A stretch of DNA of 20,000 bases, taken from an uncultured virus (IMG/VR IMGVR_UViG_3300042520_001628) (taxonomy: Duplodnaviria; Heunggongvirae; Uroviricota; Caudoviricetes). The stretch is taken from the IMG/VR virus record IMGVR_UViG_3300042520_001628; one strand, 5' to 3'. The translations under genes were made by a program, and so were the position numbers. The notes beneath the pieces were generated by a model, which was not told the origin of the DNA, did no database searches, and saw only the letters and a list, made by a program, of their open reading frames with translations. Shown here piece by piece: positions 17,151 to 20,000 of this stretch (the first letter of the stretch is position 1; each line of letters opens with the position of its first letter).

Positions 17151-18232
17151 CAAATAAAAGAAAAAACATAGTAATTATTGGTGCAGGAATTCATGGTATA
17201 ACCATAGCTTTAGAATTGGCAAAACAACACAATGTATCAATAATTGATTCCAATGATGAAATTTTATTAGGTGCTTCAAACGCTACTCACAATAGAATAC
17301 ATTTAGGGTATCATTATCCACGATCTAGTGAAACAATAGAAGAATGTAAATCAGGATATAATTTTTTTATTAAAAATTATCATGATTGTTTGGTTTTTCC
17401 AGAGTTTTTTTATATTATAGAAAAAGAATCTTTATTAACTGATAATGATTATAAAAATATAATGCTTGAACACAATCTGCCATGCAATGAAGAATTTCCA
17501 AAAGATTGTTTTTTAAATAAAAATTATATAAAAAATTCATTTAAAGTAAATGAAGCATGTTTTGATATAATAAAATTTAGAAATAAAATAAAAAAACAAT
17601 TATTAGATGCTAATATAAATTTATATTTAAATTTTAATATAAACTCAGCATCCACAAATAAAACCAAAATAACTTTTGTGGATAAAGAAACAAAGATATT
17701 AGTCTTAAATGTTGATGTTTTGGTAAATTGTACTTATACATATTCAAACAATATTTTAAAAATTTTTAATATTGACGATACGCTAACAGAATATGAATTT
17801 GAACAAACTGAAATTGCCGTTGTTGAAAGTGAACAAAAAATACCAGCAATGACAGTAATGGATGGACCTTTTATTTCAATATTACCATATGGAAACAATA
17901 AAAATTTATATTTAGTCTATGATGTTGTAAATTCTGTAATTAAAAAAGAAATTGGAACATATTTTACTAAATTAGAATCTCTACCTTCAACAAATTGGAG
18001 TAAGATGCAATCACATGGATTAAAATATTATCCATTTTTTGATAAATTAAATTATAAGTATTCATTATATAGCCATAGACCAATACCAAAAAATAATGAA
18101 AATGATAGCAGAACAACAAGAATTATAAAAGAAAAATATCCAATAAACTTTTTTTCTATTAAAGAAGGAAAGTTTATTTCAGCACCAGCAATAGCAATTT
18201 CTTTTGCAAAAGAAATCAATAACAATGATTAA
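17147..18232 (+). CDS. FAD-dependent oxidoreductase (DAO-like fold)
   Basis: Rossmann motif IVIIGAGIHG, GASNATHNRIHLGYHYPRS, NCTY and TVMDGPFISILPY. Confidence 0.85.
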   Translation: MTNKRKNIVIIGAGIHGITIALELAKQHNVSIIDSNDEILLGASNATHNRIHLGYHYPRSSETIEECKSGYNFFIKNYHDCLVFPEFFYIIEKESLLTDNDYKNIMLEHNLPCNEEFPKDCFLNKNYIKNSFKVNEACFDIIKFRNKIKKQLLDANINLYLNFNINSASTNKTKITFVDKETKILVLNVDVLVNCTYTYSNNILKIFNIDDTLTEYEFEQTEIAVVESEQKIPAMTVMDGPFISILPYGNNKNLYLVYDVVNSVIKKEIGTYFTKLESLPSTNWSKMQSHGLKYYPFFDKLNYKYSLYSHRPIPKNNENDSRTTRIIKEKYPINFFSIKEGKFISAPAIAISFAKEINNND

Positions 18233-18983
18233 AAATGCTTTAATTGGACATAGTGGTTTTATAGGTAATAATATAAAACAACAAATGAATTTTACATCTT
18301 TTTATAATTCAAAAAATATTTTTGAAATTAAAAATGAAGAATTTGATTTATTAATTTCTTGTGGAAATTCTTCATTAAAATGGAAAGCAAATATAAATCC
18401 TATAGAGGATCAAAATAATATTGAATCTTTTATTGATAATATAAAAACTATAAAAGTTAAAAAATTTGTATTAATTTCTACAATAGATGTTTATAAAAAT
18501 CCTTATAATGTTGACGAAAATACAGAAGCAGATAGCGATGACAACATCCCATATGGAAAAAATAGATTATTATTGGAAAAATTTATCCAAAGTAATTTTA
18601 CTAATTATTTAATAATTCGTTTGCCAATAGTATATGGAAATTCTTTTAAAAAGAATTTAATTTTTGATGCATTAAATAATAATAATATAGAAAAAATTAA
18701 TGGCAATACTGAAGTTCAAATTTATAATGTAAAAAACATAGTTTCTGATATTAATAAATTTATTAAACAAGATTTAAAAATTGTAAATTTGGCTACACAG
18801 CCATTTGTTGTAAAAGATCTTTTTAAAGATGTTTTTGATATTCAATTGACAAATTTTGATAATAATTATTACAAATATAACATGACTACAATTCATAATG
18901 ATAAAAAATATTTTTATGATAAAAACGATTTATTAAAAGAATTAAAAGAATTTAAAATTAAATATGAAACTCAGTGTATCTAA
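18225..18983 (+). CDS. NAD-dependent epimerase/dehydratase-like atypical SDR
   Basis: ALIGHSGFIG (GxxGxxG), LISTIDVY, PYGKNR and IIRLPIVYG. Start placed at ATG 18225 rather than TTG 18204. Confidence 0.82.
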   Translation: MIKNALIGHSGFIGNNIKQQMNFTSFYNSKNIFEIKNEEFDLLISCGNSSLKWKANINPIEDQNNIESFIDNIKTIKVKKFVLISTIDVYKNPYNVDENTEADSDDNIPYGKNRLLLEKFIQSNFTNYLIIRLPIVYGNSFKKNLIFDALNNNNIEKINGNTEVQIYNVKNIVSDINKFIKQDLKIVNLATQPFVVKDLFKDVFDIQLTNFDNNYYKYNMTTIHNDKKYFYDKNDLLKELKEFKIKYETQCI

Positions 18984-19752
18984 TATTGGTTGGTCATATG
19001 ATAATTTGGAATATGTAATACCAATACTAAAATTTAATGGTATAAACTATATTGATGTAGCACCATCTTTATTGCATGATAAAAATAAACCAATTAATAT
19101 TGAAGAAGTAAATAAATTTTACTTAAATAATGATATTAAATTTGCGGGAATGCAGTCATTATTTTTTAACGCACCCAATATATCTATTTTTGATGGAGAT
19201 GATAATAAATTAATTTTAAATAAATATTTGGAGAATAATTGCTTTTTGGCAAAAAATTTTAAAATACAAAATTTAGTTTTTGGATCACCAAAAAACCGAA
19301 TAATAAATGATTTTAATAAATTTACTTTACAAAGAGCAAAAAACATATATAAAGAATTATCAGATTTGGCAAAGCAGTATTCTTGTATATTGTGTCTTGA
19401 GCCAAATCCAAAAGAGTATGGATGTAATTTTATAACAAATACATTTGAAGCTATTGAATTTGTTAAGTCTATAAACTCTCCAAATTTAAAAATAAATCTT
19501 GATATAAGTACAACCATATTAAATAACGAAGATTTAGATTTAATTTTTAAATTAGGTAAGGAACATATACAACATGTTCATATAAGCGCGCCATACTTAA
19601 CAGATATAACTGAATTAGATCATGAAAATATTATTCGCATTTTGAATAAATATCAGTATAGTGGATATATAGTTATGGAATGTTTATTTAAAAATAATTC
19701 TTTGTTTGATTTAGAAAAAAATATTAAATGTTTTGTAAAAAATTATAGGTGA
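18964..19752 (+). CDS. Sugar phosphate isomerase/epimerase (xylose isomerase-like TIM barrel)
   Basis: MKLSVSNIGW, GMQSLFF and LVFGSPKNR, plus the metal-ligand pattern LEPNP...NLD...HVHIS...VME. Confidence 0.85.
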   Translation: MKLSVSNIGWSYDNLEYVIPILKFNGINYIDVAPSLLHDKNKPINIEEVNKFYLNNDIKFAGMQSLFFNAPNISIFDGDDNKLILNKYLENNCFLAKNFKIQNLVFGSPKNRIINDFNKFTLQRAKNIYKELSDLAKQYSCILCLEPNPKEYGCNFITNTFEAIEFVKSINSPNLKINLDISTTILNNEDLDLIFKLGKEHIQHVHISAPYLTDITELDHENIIRILNKYQYSGYIVMECLFKNNSLFDLEKNIKCFVKNYR

Positions 19753-19760
19753 GCAATATT

Positions 19761-20000
19761 ATGAATAAACTTTTAAATTATTTAAATTATAAAAATGGTT
19801 TTTTTATTGAAGCTGGCGCAAATGATGGAATAGATCAATCATATACACATTGGTTGGATGCATATAATTGGGCTGGTCTTTTAATAGAACCAAATAAAAT
19901 AAAATTAGAACAAGCAAAAAATAATAGACCAAAGTGCATTTGTGAAAATTATGCATTAGTGAGTTCAACTTACAATAAAGATACAATTTTTGGTGATTTT
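19761..20000 (+). CDS. FkbM-family SAM-dependent methyltransferase, N-terminal part (runs off the window)
   Basis: Hand translation MNKLLNYLNYKNGFFIEAGANDGIDQSYTHWLDAYNWAGLLIEPN...NRPKCICENYAL, open to the window end. AGGTGAG SD upstream. Not in the ORF track. Confidence 0.88.
   Translation, partial: MNKLLNYLNYKNGFFIEAGANDGIDQSYTHWLDAYNWAGLLIEPNKIKLEQAKNNRPKCICENYALVSSTYNKDTIFGDF

Noticed and set aside
645..19986. All minus-strand ORFs in the track (e.g. 645-881, 3157-3471, 8284-8559, 15741-16061, 19119-19517, 19804-19986)
   Set aside because: They are short, antisense to strongly supported genes and lack motifs. 19804-19986 is opposite the FkbM gene.

Overview
A T4-like myovirus genome segment, with all credible genes on the + strand. 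1-10449 is the compact core found in aquatic and cyanophage-type T4-like phages: the 3' end of major capsid gp23, then gp3, uvsY, uvsW, an Sm-like ORF, late sigma factor gp55, gp47, gp46, two small inserted ORFs, gp45, gp44, gp62 and regA. 10476-20000 is a very AT-rich, tightly coupled glycan-biosynthesis island of at least 13 genes. It holds two GT10 fucosyltransferase-like genes; GT77-, GT47 (exostosin)-, GT34- and GT25-like genes; another DxD transferase; and a duplicated pair of unknown GT-A-like proteins. It ends with an FAD oxidoreductase / atypical SDR / TIM-barrel epimerase triad and a truncated FkbM methyltransferase. Regulatory signals read directly from the sequence are a terminator after gp23, T4-type late promoter boxes, sigma70 promoters for uvsY and gp55, and a perfect-consensus antisense promoter upstream of gp55. 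All family calls come from motif recognition by eye, not database searches.
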